This document shows positions 9,734-20,926 of a stretch of DNA of 59,427 bases, piece by piece. Source of the stretch: an uncultured Marinicella sp. (GTDB lineage: Bacteria; Pseudomonadota; Gammaproteobacteria; Xanthomonadales; Marinicellaceae); NCBI GenBank assembly GCA_937942365.1, contig CALDFB010000276.1, positions 1-59,427 of the forward strand. The letters are read 5' to 3'. Within the stretch, counting starts at the first letter, position 1; every line of letters begins with the position of its first letter. The translations under genes and the position numbers were made by a program. The notes beneath the pieces are model-generated. The model did no database searches. It was not told the DNA's origin and worked only from the letters and a program-made list of their open reading frames with translations.

Positions 9734-11929
9734 TCAATCAAGCTCAAAGCCATTTTGAAAGATTAAGTCATTCTCCCAAATCACAAAACCATTGCCTGGA
9801 AAACCCACATACAGTTTTCCTGGAATCACTGGGTCAGCTTCCATGACTCTGGCCACATCATAGACTTGTTCAGGGTGCTGGCCTATTTTTTGCCAAGTAA
9901 CGCCCTCATCAGCAGACAGCCAATAACCAAATTCACCATCAACTCGACCTTGAATATAAACAGCGGGGTAACCACCTAACGTTAAGGGCGGACCAACAGC
10001 GGCGTTTAAAATTTCGCTGGTGTTGGTTAATGTGGTCCAACTGAGACCAGCATCTGTAGATCGCTTTAAGGGCTGCATCACATTGATATCTGATTCAGCA
10101 TTATGTGCATACCATAAATGCCCTGCTTGGCCTGGGGTACTGACTAATTTGGCATGGAAACCGTAAAAGTCTTGTAAAGCCGTTCTTTCGCTCCATGTTT
10201 CTCCACCGTTTTCGCTGACATAAATACTGCCATTTTGCCAATTGTAGATGTAAAAAGTATTGGGTAAAACCCGGTCAGCAGTGAGGGCCTTTTTATAGGA
10301 AAAGTTGAACTTGTGACAGCAGTCATCACCAAAGTTAGGCAGTGTTGCTGCCGTCCAAGTGTTGCCTAAATCCCTGCTGAAATAAACAGTGCGATTACCA
10401 GAAGGTAGCCAGACCACATTGTTGTTGTCATTGGCTGCAAGAGCAATGTTGCCGAATACGCCATAGTCTTGGTCATTCACAGGGTTGGTAGGAAATGGTG
10501 TCCATGTTGCGCCACCATCACTGCTGTAGCCACTGTAGCGTGTTTGGTTGTCTAAACAACATTCACGGTGGTCTTCAATGATACCCACAATAAAGTCCAG
10601 ATTATTCGGGTGATTATCCATGTCCCAAGCGGAATTGAATCGTTCACTGGGCTGATGAATCAAAGGATAGTTCTCTTCATCTTGATGCAAAAATACTGGT
10701 CTGTCCCAATGCATGGTGACTTGTTGGCCCTGGCCATTAACCACCAGATCATTGCTGACCAGGTGCTCTTGTTTCAATGACTGTTCTTCCCAGATCATGT
10801 TTTGGTTATTGACCCCATCCACCAACCAAGTTCCAACTCCGTCACTGATCCACAGCTGGTCTGGATTGATCGGATCAAACTCAGCTTCACCAATGACAAA
10901 CCATTCTCCTTGTGACCACTCTAGCCAAGGAATGTTATTGGCTATGCGAGTGCGTGTTGGGTAAAACCAGGTGGGTGAGGCATTCGAAGCATTGGTGGTC
11001 AGTGCAGTTTCAGTGAAACCAAAGGATAAGGTCATCACCCTTTCAGTGTTTTGTGGATCAACGGCCACATTAAAGTAAGTGGTGCCATTGTTTTGTAGGC
11101 TTTGCCAGGTGTTGTCACGAAAGACCATGATACCAAGAGTTTGGTTCAAGAAATCATAGCCAACAGTATAAACTTGGCCAGTGGCATTGATCTCGGCGTC
11201 TAAAAACACTGGACCAGAAAAGCCTAAATCGGTTAGCTGCCAAGTATTACCGGCATCGGTTGATTCGAACATCCCCTCACCATCAACTGTGACCAGAACG
11301 CGGCTGGTTTTACCCGCAATAACGATGCTGCTTGGGTCGAATAAAACCTGTCGAACGCCACGTCCAACTATGCCATTGGGGATATTGGCCACCTGCCCCC
11401 AGGTGATGCCGGCATTGTCACTTTTCCACAAACCATCCTCAATGGTGGCCATATAAACGACATCTTTATTCACAGGATCGACACTTAAACGTTCGCCGGA
11501 AGTTTTGCTGTCATCTTTATTGGCTGGCATGGGCGTACTTGGAAAACTGGTTTTAGTCCAATCATCACCTTGGTTGTCTGAACGATAGATGCCATCGTTG
11601 TAGGCCAGATAAGCTCGATTGGCATCTGAAGGGGCAGAAACGATGCTCAAAACGCCGTCATACTGATTCCAATAAACGTCTGATTCAGGGATGTTATTGG
11701 CGCCTACCACATTCACCCAGTTCATGGTTGTGCGATCCAGTCGATAGGCACTGCCCACATCAACGCGGGTAAAGACAGGGTTTCCCGATGGATGAATACT
11801 CATGCCGGTGGCCCAGCCACCAGCACCTGTCGGTAAAACGCGCCAGGACTCATCCTGGGCTTGTACAGCTGAAGTCAAAGCCAGCAGGGTAAAAATAAGT
11901 CTTTTCAGTGTGGGCTGAATCATAATCAC
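9734..11929 (-). CDS. Secreted BNR/Asp-box propeller protein, GH74 xyloglucanase-like, with C-terminal DLIFQNGFE tag
   Basis: Signal peptide (VQA|Q); GAGGWATG..RVDVGSAYR; GERLSVDP; repeated SxDxGxTW; ends DLIFQNGFELD. Confidence 0.8.
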   Translation of the reverse strand: MIMIQPTLKRLIFTLLALTSAVQAQDESWRVLPTGAGGWATGMSIHPSGNPVFTRVDVGSAYRLDRTTMNWVNVVGANNIPESDVYWNQYDGVLSIVSAPSDANRAYLAYNDGIYRSDNQGDDWTKTSFPSTPMPANKDDSKTSGERLSVDPVNKDVVYMATIEDGLWKSDNAGITWGQVANIPNGIVGRGVRQVLFDPSSIVIAGKTSRVLVTVDGEGMFESTDAGNTWQLTDLGFSGPVFLDAEINATGQVYTVGYDFLNQTLGIMVFRDNTWQSLQNNGTTYFNVAVDPQNTERVMTLSFGFTETALTTNASNASPTWFYPTRTRIANNIPWLEWSQGEWFVIGEAEFDPINPDQLWISDGVGTWLVDGVNNQNMIWEEQSLKQEHLVSNDLVVNGQGQQVTMHWDRPVFLHQDEENYPLIHQPSERFNSAWDMDNHPNNLDFIVGIIEDHRECCLDNQTRYSGYSSDGGATWTPFPTNPVNDQDYGVFGNIALAANDNNNVVWLPSGNRTVYFSRDLGNTWTAATLPNFGDDCCHKFNFSYKKALTADRVLPNTFYIYNWQNGSIYVSENGGETWSERTALQDFYGFHAKLVSTPGQAGHLWYAHNAESDINVMQPLKRSTDAGLSWTTLTNTSEILNAAVGPPLTLGGYPAVYIQGRVDGEFGYWLSADEGVTWQKIGQHPEQVYDVARVMEADPVIPGKLYVGFPGNGFVIWENDLIFQNGFELD

Positions 11930-12176
11930 CTCTCTTAGTCAGGTTGTTTTTATCGTTAGCTAAAAATTTTAGCCAACGATCATGCCGATAATTAAGCACC
12001 CGATCACAGATTAACCCTTACTTTGTGAAATTTAGGTTAAAACCCAGGTGTTCTGAGGGATAGAGGCATTTATTAAAATAGATAGATAAAGGCTCAAAAG
12101 GGGTGAGTTAAAACTTAGGGTTTATAATTCATATCAGAATTATGTAAAACATCGAACAAACAAGCGGAGCCAAGCC

Positions 12177-12545
12177 ATGCAATTAATCGCAAATATACTC
12201 ACTTTTATTGTGGCGATCAGCCATGTTGGCATTTTGGTGCTAGAAATGTTCTTTTGGAACCACCCTGTTGGCCAAAGGATATTTGCCATGACGCCAGAAG
12301 TGGCGGCATCCTCAGAAGTGCTGGCCATGAATCAAGGCTTATACAATGGTTTTTTGGCAGCTGGCTTGTTTTGGGGCTTATTCGCTAAACGAACAGATAT
12401 TCAAGTATTCTTTTTATGCTGCGTGGTTATTGCTGGCATTTTTGGCGGCATCACCGCTAAGACCAGTATTCTGTTCACCCAAGGTTTACCTGCATTGATT
12501 GCCTTGGTTTTGGTGTTGATGGTTTCGCGGGATAAAGATTTGTAG
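12177..12545 (+). CDS. DUF1304 family membrane protein
   Basis: LEMFFW; NQGLYNGFLAAGL; QGLPA. Confidence 0.9.
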   Translation: MQLIANILTFIVAISHVGILVLEMFFWNHPVGQRIFAMTPEVAASSEVLAMNQGLYNGFLAAGLFWGLFAKRTDIQVFFLCCVVIAGIFGGITAKTSILFTQGLPALIALVLVLMVSRDKDL

Positions 12546-12546
12546 A

Positions 12547-13243
12547 CCGTTATTCCAGCCGTGCTTTAGCGAGAGCTGGGATCTAGGTTAGCGTATTCGG
12601 TTAACAATTCACCCGATTAACAAGCCAAGTTTGTTATACCGTCTCTATACATTATCAAGCAGGAACTTGGTAACGAGTAAAAAAACACGACCCTTTGGAT
12701 TGTTGGCTTTAGCCAACCTTATGTAAAATCTTAGGTTTTATGAGTCGACTGAAGTCGACAATCCCCAAATCTATTTCCATAAAAAACCATACAAGCTTCA
12801 CTAGATAATCATTGGTATATTAATCTACATGTTTATGCCTTAAGTAAGTGCGGTTTGGTTCAAATCTGAGGAGGACGAATAGTTTTTCTTGTTCCCACGC
12901 TCCAGTGTGGTAATGCATAGCTTTATCTTCACGACCAATAAAAGGATTAACAATGGGCAGGAGCCGCTACAAAATAACTTCACCGTGCCAACCTCATTCC
13001 CTTTACTGACGAACCGTAAGCCCAGATTTGTAGTCGGATAATTAACCCAATTAATAAGCCAAGTTTGGTATACCACCCATGTGCATTACCAAACAGGAGC
13101 TTGGTAACGAGAAAGGTTTAAAAACACGGTCATTGCGAAGGAGGAACGACTGCGGCAATCTCCTGATGCTGTCGGAATATTATTTTAATTGAGGTCACGT
13201 GGAACTTAGGAGATTGCCACGTCGCTTCGCTCCTCGCAATGAC
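12547..13243. repeat. Mosaic cluster of REP/RPE-like palindromic repeats (five families)
   Basis: B+C composite 12547-12640; D 12650-12677, 12888-12917, 13082-13111; E 12694-12769; C 13034-13074; A 13129-13243. Confidence 0.8.
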
Positions 13244-13306
13244 GCTCATTTGGTACTGCATTCTCAGTGGTGTAAAAATGACTGAATTACTTAGTTATAA
13301 TCTTCA

Positions 13307-14398
13307 TCAAAAACCCAAATCAATCTGTTCAATATCCGCGGCTTTCTGGTATTGAACACCTAAACCCAATAACCTCACTGGTTTACCTTGCCGCTGCCAA
13401 GCTGTTTTTATTAAATGCTGATAAACTTTCAAATCTAGGTTTGGGTGTATTTGCTGCGCGGTGGTGGTTTGGAAATTATGAAACCGCAGTTTGACATATA
13501 GGGCTTTGATTTTGATTTTTTGGCCTGCTGAGTTGTGTTCTTTTTGCCTTGCCATGGCGCGATCATGGCGGGTAAGTAGCATATCATAGAGCCGTTGAGC
13601 TTCTGCCATACAGGCTGGCAGGTCAGGTAAGTCATGTAAAAAGGTGTCCTCTACACTGACTGATTTACGTTCACTGTGAACACGAACCGGACGATCATCA
13701 ATGCCACGACATAAGTTATATAAGGTGCGGCCAAACACTCCGAAACGTTGTTGTAACCGTTTTTGATCAAGCTGTTGTAAATCAGTACAGGTAGTAATGC
13801 CCATATCATGCATCTTTTTAGCCGTGACTTTGCCCACACCATAAATTTTTTTAACGGGTAAATCTTTAACAAAACCCGCTATCGCATCTGGTGTGACCAC
13901 AAATTGGCCGTTTGGTTTATTCCAATCACTGGCAATCTTGGCTAAGAATTTATTGGGTGCGATGCCAGCTGAAGCGGTGATTTGGTGTTCATTCCTAATA
14001 TCTTGGCGTATTTGTTGGGCAATCAAAGTGGCGCTGCCGTGACAATGCTCTGATCCAGTCACATCTAAAAATGCCTCGTCCAATGACAGTGGTTGGATCA
14101 CATCAGTATAGTTTTTAAAAATGCTTTTAACGCCTTTTGATACTTCTTGATAGACCGACATGCGCACCGGCTGAATGATCAGGTGAGGGCATTTTTTAAT
14201 GGCTTGTCCCATCGGCATGGCCGAATGTATCCCAAAAGCACGGGCCTCATAGGAACAAGTCGCCACCACACCTCTTTTATCAGGTTGGCCACCTACCGCA
14301 ATGGCTTTGCCCTTTAATTCAGGAAAGTCACGTGCTTCAATGGCGGCATAAAAACAATCCATATCAACATGAATTATTTTACGCAATGACTCGTTCAT
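13307..14398 (-). CDS. dinB: DNA polymerase IV
   Basis: IIHVDMDCFYAAIE, SYEARAFG, SLDEAFLDVT, KIASDWNKPNG. Confidence 0.97.
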   Translation of the reverse strand: MNESLRKIIHVDMDCFYAAIEARDFPELKGKAIAVGGQPDKRGVVATCSYEARAFGIHSAMPMGQAIKKCPHLIIQPVRMSVYQEVSKGVKSIFKNYTDVIQPLSLDEAFLDVTGSEHCHGSATLIAQQIRQDIRNEHQITASAGIAPNKFLAKIASDWNKPNGQFVVTPDAIAGFVKDLPVKKIYGVGKVTAKKMHDMGITTCTDLQQLDQKRLQQRFGVFGRTLYNLCRGIDDRPVRVHSERKSVSVEDTFLHDLPDLPACMAEAQRLYDMLLTRHDRAMARQKEHNSAGQKIKIKALYVKLRFHNFQTTTAQQIHPNLDLKVYQHLIKTAWQRQGKPVRLLGLGVQYQKAADIEQIDLGF

Positions 14399-14403
14399 TA
14401 AAG

Positions 14404-15711
14404 TTATAGTCTTTCGTCAACCCATTCTTCAGGCAGCAGGCCTTTTAAATCAAACAGCACCCCACCAGGAACCAAGTATTCTCGAGGACTGGTTGTAAGA
14501 AATTGATCATGGGCCACAGCCAATACCACCAAATCATAAAACTCTTTGGCGGGCTCTTTAACCAACGGCTGATTAATGGCAGCGGCCTCGTGTGGTTCTA
14601 CCCAAGGGTCATATACCTCTATTTGCACATGGTATCTTTGGAGTTGTTCAACAATTTCAACCACCCGAGTGTTACGTAAATCAGGGCAGTTTTCTTTAAA
14701 GGTTAAACCCATGATCAGGACTTTAGCTGCAACGATGTGTTTGCGATGTAAAGCCATCAACTTTAAGATACGTTCACTGACGTAGGTGCTCATGTTTTCG
14801 TTGATGCGGCGCGCGGTGGTAATCAATTGCGGAAAGTAGCCTTTTTCCTGCGATTTGTGGATCAGATAATAAGGGTCAACACCAATACAATGCCCGCCCA
14901 CTAAACCTGGGGTGAATTTCAAGAAATTCCATTTGGTTGCTGCCGCCTCGATCACTTCTAAAACATCTATATCCATTTCATGAAGCATCATGGACAGCTC
15001 GTTCATAAAGGCTATATTGATATCGCGCTGAGTATTTTCAATGGCTTTGGCTGCCTCAGCCACTTTGATAGAGGGTGCCAGATGGGTGCCAGCTGAAATG
15101 ATTTTTTCATACAAAGCATTGACCCGTTGTGCTGTTGCTTTATTTGAACCTGACACCACTTTAACTATCGATGTGAGGGTGTTGACCTTATCACCCGGAT
15201 TAATCCTTTCAGGCGAGTAACCGACAAAAAACCCTTGGTTTAAAATCAGATTACTTTGTGCTGCCAATATTTTGGCACAAACCCCTTCAGTCGCCCCAGG
15301 GTAAACTGTGGACTCATAAATCACGGTGTCACCCTCATTAAGCAGTGAACCGACCAATTCTGATGCGCTGACCAGTGGTGAAAGGTCAGGGGTGTTGTTT
15401 TCATCAACCGGTGTGGGCACGGTAATGATGTAGTGATTGGCAGCTTCAATGATTTTTTTATCATCGGTGAACGTCAGCTGAGTGGCTTGTTGTAACTGTG
15501 CTGTTGTCACTTCTTGAGTTAAGTCATTATGATCATTCAATTGTTGGATGCGCTGATTGTTGATATCATAACCAATCACTGAATGATGCTTGGCCAACGC
15601 CAAGGCCAAAGGCAAGCCCACATAACCCAAACCAATCACGGCTATTTCAATGGGTTCGTTTTGCTTACTTTCTTGGTTTTTTTTATCCATGACTGGCGCC
15701 CTTTGATTCAA
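14404..15711 (-). CDS. UDP-GlcNAc/GalNAc 6-dehydrogenase (TviB/WbpO-like); alternative ATG start at 15690
   Basis: GLGYVG, YESTVYPG, GYSPERINPGD, PGLVGGHCIGVDPYYL, FKENCPDLRN. Confidence 0.92.
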   Translation of the reverse strand: MNQRAPVMDKKNQESKQNEPIEIAVIGLGYVGLPLALALAKHHSVIGYDINNQRIQQLNDHNDLTQEVTTAQLQQATQLTFTDDKKIIEAANHYIITVPTPVDENNTPDLSPLVSASELVGSLLNEGDTVIYESTVYPGATEGVCAKILAAQSNLILNQGFFVGYSPERINPGDKVNTLTSIVKVVSGSNKATAQRVNALYEKIISAGTHLAPSIKVAEAAKAIENTQRDINIAFMNELSMMLHEMDIDVLEVIEAAATKWNFLKFTPGLVGGHCIGVDPYYLIHKSQEKGYFPQLITTARRINENMSTYVSERILKLMALHRKHIVAAKVLIMGLTFKENCPDLRNTRVVEIVEQLQRYHVQIEVYDPWVEPHEAAAINQPLVKEPAKEFYDLVVLAVAHDQFLTTSPREYLVPGGVLFDLKGLLPEEWVDERL

Positions 15712-16967
15712 ATATCAAACTTGGGTAGTTTTTGAGTCGTTAAAGATTGTGAAAGCCTCACATAGTGAGGCAGTCCATTATCATTGTAAGGTGGATAAGC
15801 CTCACCCACAATCAATGGTTGCATGTATCTGCGACATTTTTCAGTGATACCAAAGCCATCTTTCGTGATGTAATCTCGTGGTAACATTTTTTCTACATTG
15901 GCCAAGTCTTTTAATTCGGCAGTAGCAATCTCCCACTGATAAGGCTTATCTTGGATGCGTTTAATCACTGGCATCACAGAATTATGACCTGCAACCGCCA
16001 GTTCAATGGCTTTTTCACCCACTGCATAGGCTTGTTCTAGATCTGTCTTTGAAGCCAGGTGTCTGGCAGAACGCTGTAGATAATCACTGATGGCATAGTG
16101 GTATTTATAGCCTAAATTATCTTTGACCATTTGCGCAATAACTGCAGCCACGCCACCCAATTGAGCATGGCCAAAAGCATCAACCGTGCCAGCATCAGCC
16201 AAAAATTGACCATCCGAGTTCCTGACGCCTTCAGAAACCACTACCGAGCAGTAGCCATGGTTGTCTACGGACCACTTAACTCGCGCCAAAAAAGCTTGTT
16301 GATCAAAGGGTATTTCAGGAAATAAAATGATTTGCGGCGGTTCATCGTGATGCTTACCAGCCAAACCTCCAGCCGCTGCAATCCAACCCGCATGACGACC
16401 CATCACTTCCATAATAAAGACTTTGGTCGAACTTTCAGCCATCGACTCAACATCTAACGAAGCTTCCATGATAGAAGTCGCAATGTATTTAGCCGTGGTA
16501 CCAAATCCGGGACAGGTATCGGTCACGGGTAAATCATTATCAATGGTTTTAGGCACCCCAATACAAGTCACATCTAAACCACGTGATTTGGCCATTTGTG
16601 AGACTTTGAATGCCGTATCCGAAGAATCACCACCACCGTTGTAAAGAAAATAACCAATATCATGTGCTTTGAACACGTCAATCAAACGCTCGTATTCAGC
16701 ACGCTGCGCCTCCATGTCTTTGAGTTTATAACGACACGAACCAAAAGCACCTCCTGGGGTATGTCGCAATGCAGCGATGTCTTCATCACTGTGCTGCTGG
16801 GTATCGACCAGCTCTTCTCTGAGCACACCAATGATGCCATTTTTTGCACCAAAAACGGTACCTACATTAGAATTTTTTCTGGCAGCCTCTATCACACCAC
16901 AAGCTGTGGCATTGATGACTGCGGTGACTCCACCAGATTGACAATAGAGTGCGTTTTTCTTTGACAT
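15708..16967 (-). CDS. pfkA: 6-phosphofructokinase, probably PPi-dependent (Xanthomonas/Legionella type)
   Basis: QSGGVTAVIN, NGGGDS, PKTIDND, EVMGRHAGW. Confidence 0.92.
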   Translation of the reverse strand: MSKKNALYCQSGGVTAVINATACGVIEAARKNSNVGTVFGAKNGIIGVLREELVDTQQHSDEDIAALRHTPGGAFGSCRYKLKDMEAQRAEYERLIDVFKAHDIGYFLYNGGGDSSDTAFKVSQMAKSRGLDVTCIGVPKTIDNDLPVTDTCPGFGTTAKYIATSIMEASLDVESMAESSTKVFIMEVMGRHAGWIAAAGGLAGKHHDEPPQIILFPEIPFDQQAFLARVKWSVDNHGYCSVVVSEGVRNSDGQFLADAGTVDAFGHAQLGGVAAVIAQMVKDNLGYKYHYAISDYLQRSARHLASKTDLEQAYAVGEKAIELAVAGHNSVMPVIKRIQDKPYQWEIATAELKDLANVEKMLPRDYITKDGFGITEKCRRYMQPLIVGEAYPPYNDNGLPHYVRLSQSLTTQKLPKFDI

Positions 16968-17197
16968 ATACTTAATCCTGTTTGGTTATTTGCTGGTACG
17001 TATTGACTAAAATGCTTTGTAAGTGTACTGTAGCACGTTTTTTAGATCAAAGACCTGAGGTGACTGTGTCACATGGTTTAGGCTGTAAATTTTAACTGAA
17101 AATCCAGCCCATTGCATGACCTCTGATTGTCTTATTATGAATCACAGCGAAATCGATTCTGAGGTTTTTGAAAAACATATTTAACCGAGAATAAAAT

Positions 17198-17761
17198 ATG
17201 AGAATAGTATTACTGGGTGCACCAGGTAGTGGTAAAGGAACACAAGCCAAATTAATGGTTGAACAATTAAATATCCCACATGTTTCTACCGGGGACCTAT
17301 TCAGAGCAGCCATTGCCGCCAAAACGCCATTGGGTTTAGCAGCCAAAGAGGTGATGGACAAAGGTGATTTAGTATCTGATGACATCACCTTAGGCATGCT
17401 CAAAGAACGCATCACTCAAGCTGATGCTTCAGCCGGTTTTATTTTGGATGGCTTCCCAAGAAACCTGGTTCAGGCCGAGATGTTAGAAGGACTATTGAAA
17501 GAACTGGAAATGACCTTAGACCATGCCCTGTTGATTCAAGTTGATCCTGACGAGGTGGTTGCCAGGATTGCTAAGCGAGCTGAAATTGAAGGTCGTGCTG
17601 ATGACACTGAAGATGTGGTCAGAAATCGTTTGAATGTTTACAAAGAACAAACGGCACCAGTGGGTGAGTTCTATAAAAAACAAGACATCGTCACTGAAAT
17701 TTTAGGCAAAGGCAGCATTGAAGACGTTCAGGAACGTATACAAGCTGTGCTGAGGTTTTAA
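17198..17761 (+). CDS. adk: Adenylate kinase (short LID type)
   Basis: GAPGSGKGTQ; STGDLFR; LDGFPR; GRADD. Confidence 0.97.
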   Translation: MRIVLLGAPGSGKGTQAKLMVEQLNIPHVSTGDLFRAAIAAKTPLGLAAKEVMDKGDLVSDDITLGMLKERITQADASAGFILDGFPRNLVQAEMLEGLLKELEMTLDHALLIQVDPDEVVARIAKRAEIEGRADDTEDVVRNRLNVYKEQTAPVGEFYKKQDIVTEILGKGSIEDVQERIQAVLRF

Positions 17762-17782
17762 AGCAATCCCTTAACATATATC

Positions 17783-17831
17783 GTCATTGCGAAAGTGGAT
17801 TGCCGCTGTCGTTTCACTCCTTCGCAATGAC
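17783..17831. repeat. Family-A palindromic repeat, internally deleted copy
   Basis: gtcattgcgaa...ttcgcaatgac ends match the copies at 13129-13243 and 37246-37361. Confidence 0.75.
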
Positions 17832-17877
17832 CGTTAATTAGTTATATTCAAAACGCTCCAGTTGTGATTGCTAAGTC

Positions 17878-18135
17878 TTATTCCATCACAGGTCTTTGAA
17901 CACTCTTAATTACTGAATATTTAATCCCAGCCGTATGCTCATCAAGTTTGATAAGCTCATGGCCAAATTTTTCACACCAAATCTCAAAATCCAATTCAGC
18001 ATGGATATCTGTGACTGTAATTTCTACCATATCACCTACTGATACTTGATCAACAGCCTTTTTAAGTATCATCAATGGCATTGGACAGTTCAGTCCAGTG
18101 GCATCAACGTGAGTGGTGGTGTGTTTGGTTTTCAT
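17878..18135 (-). CDS. TusA/SirA family sulfur carrier
   Basis: DATGLNCPMP (CPxP motif). Confidence 0.9.
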   Translation of the reverse strand: MKTKHTTTHVDATGLNCPMPLMILKKAVDQVSVGDMVEITVTDIHAELDFEIWCEKFGHELIKLDEHTAGIKYSVIKSVQRPVME

Positions 18136-18202
18136 GTCAAAGATTGTATGGACTTAAACTAAGGATACAAGTGACAGTTGAACTTTTTTAAACCCCAAGA
18201 AG

Positions 18203-18287
18203 ACAAAAGACCGCTTCAGGAGCGGTCTTTTTAGGTCAAGAGATCAAGAAAGGGGGAAAAGGGTGTGTGAGCTTGATCTCTAACTTG
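18203..18287 (-). ncRNA. Candidate ~85-nt sRNA with a C/U-rich loop and intrinsic terminator
   Basis: 10-bp stem (18239-18248/18272-18281) with loop CUCACACACCCUUUUCCCCCUUU; terminator 18205-18232; CRP box and -10 upstream. Confidence 0.6.
18205..18232. terminator. Rho-independent terminator (potentially bidirectional)
   Basis: aaaagaccgct-tcagg-agcggtcttttt. Confidence 0.8.
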
Positions 18288-18293
18288 TATTCA

Positions 18294-18335
18294 AGTTTAC
18301 GCGGTTGATACAAAATTATTGTGATGATGCTCACA
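18294..18335 (-). promoter_or_regulatory. Perfect CRP/Clp box plus -10 element (class II geometry)
   Basis: TGTGA-tgatgc-TCACA at 18320-18335; minus-strand TAAACT at 18299-18294, placing the box centre near -41. Confidence 0.7.
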
Positions 18336-18347
18336 AAAAACCAATTC

Positions 18348-18379
18348 AAAAAAAAGGCCTTGAAATCATTTTCAAGGCC
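18348..18379 (-). terminator. groEL intrinsic terminator
   Basis: Minus strand ggccttgaaa-atga-tttcaaggcc followed by a T run. Confidence 0.85.
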
Positions 18380-18412
18380 CAGATCAGCAGGATAACTGTT
18401 CAGAATGATGAT

Positions 18413-20354
<1,942 letters not shown>

Positions 20355-20443
20355 CTTTCGAACTCCCTAAATACGTTTAAAAAAATTAACTTTAAAGTGA
20401 AGAAACACTGTTTCATTAATAACAGTGCTTCAGTTGCAGCTGA

Positions 20444-20471
20444 ATATTGGGTTGCTGGGTTTTAATTCAAG
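20444..20471 (-). promoter_or_regulatory. Sigma-32 promoter of groES-groEL
   Basis: Minus strand CTTGAA-N14-CCCAATAT (consensus CTTGAA-N13/14-CCCCATNT). Confidence 0.8.
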
Positions 20472-20747
20472 GGAATAAATCTGTTTTTTTGAGCGGTTTA
20501 AGCCTAAATTTGATATTTGAATCATTCTGGTCTTAATTTAGAGGTTTTGCTCAAGAACTATTTCTAAGTTTAACTGCCTGATGTCACTCAAAACCATTGA
20601 GAAAAATGGTGTCTAAAACAACTGTAATCTTATTTTGAGCCATCACCCCTTGGCGAGGATCTAGAACGCTCAGTTATTTCAGTGTGAGTGATCTATTATG
20701 AATTATATAAGGGGTTCTGCGAGCTTGAACTGGATGTTTTTTAATCT

Positions 20748-20893
20748 AAAACGGATACCCACAAGGGGCACACCCTACAGGGTTATACCGTATTTTGTTA
20801 TTTACAGCCCGTTAAAAATATAAACCTGGTATATGTGAGGATGAATGGTAAAAAGAACTGTTGTAGGGTGTACCTCTTGTGGGTACCCGTTTT
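20748..20893. repeat. Inverted pair of GTAG-type REP sequences (REPIN-like)
   Basis: acggatacccacaaggggcacaccctaca at ~20751-20779 and tgtagggtgtacctcttgtgggtacccgt at 20862-20890. Confidence 0.75.
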
Positions 20894-20926
20894 GTATCTT
20901 ATAAGTATTGAAACATCAGGAGTTCC

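Noticed and set aside
12840-13076. Short ORFs over the repeat clusters (also 37174-37416, 37330-37530, 48882-49100)
   Set aside because: They are translations of palindromic repeat DNA with no RBS or protein motif.
14404-15711. Vi antigen or capsule locus
   Set aside because: A single dehydrogenase with no epimerase, glycosyltransferase or export genes.
17059-17073. CRP-like palindrome gtgac-tgt-gtcac between pfk and adk
   Set aside because: Half-site spacing is 5 rather than 6, so it is not supportable as a CRP site.
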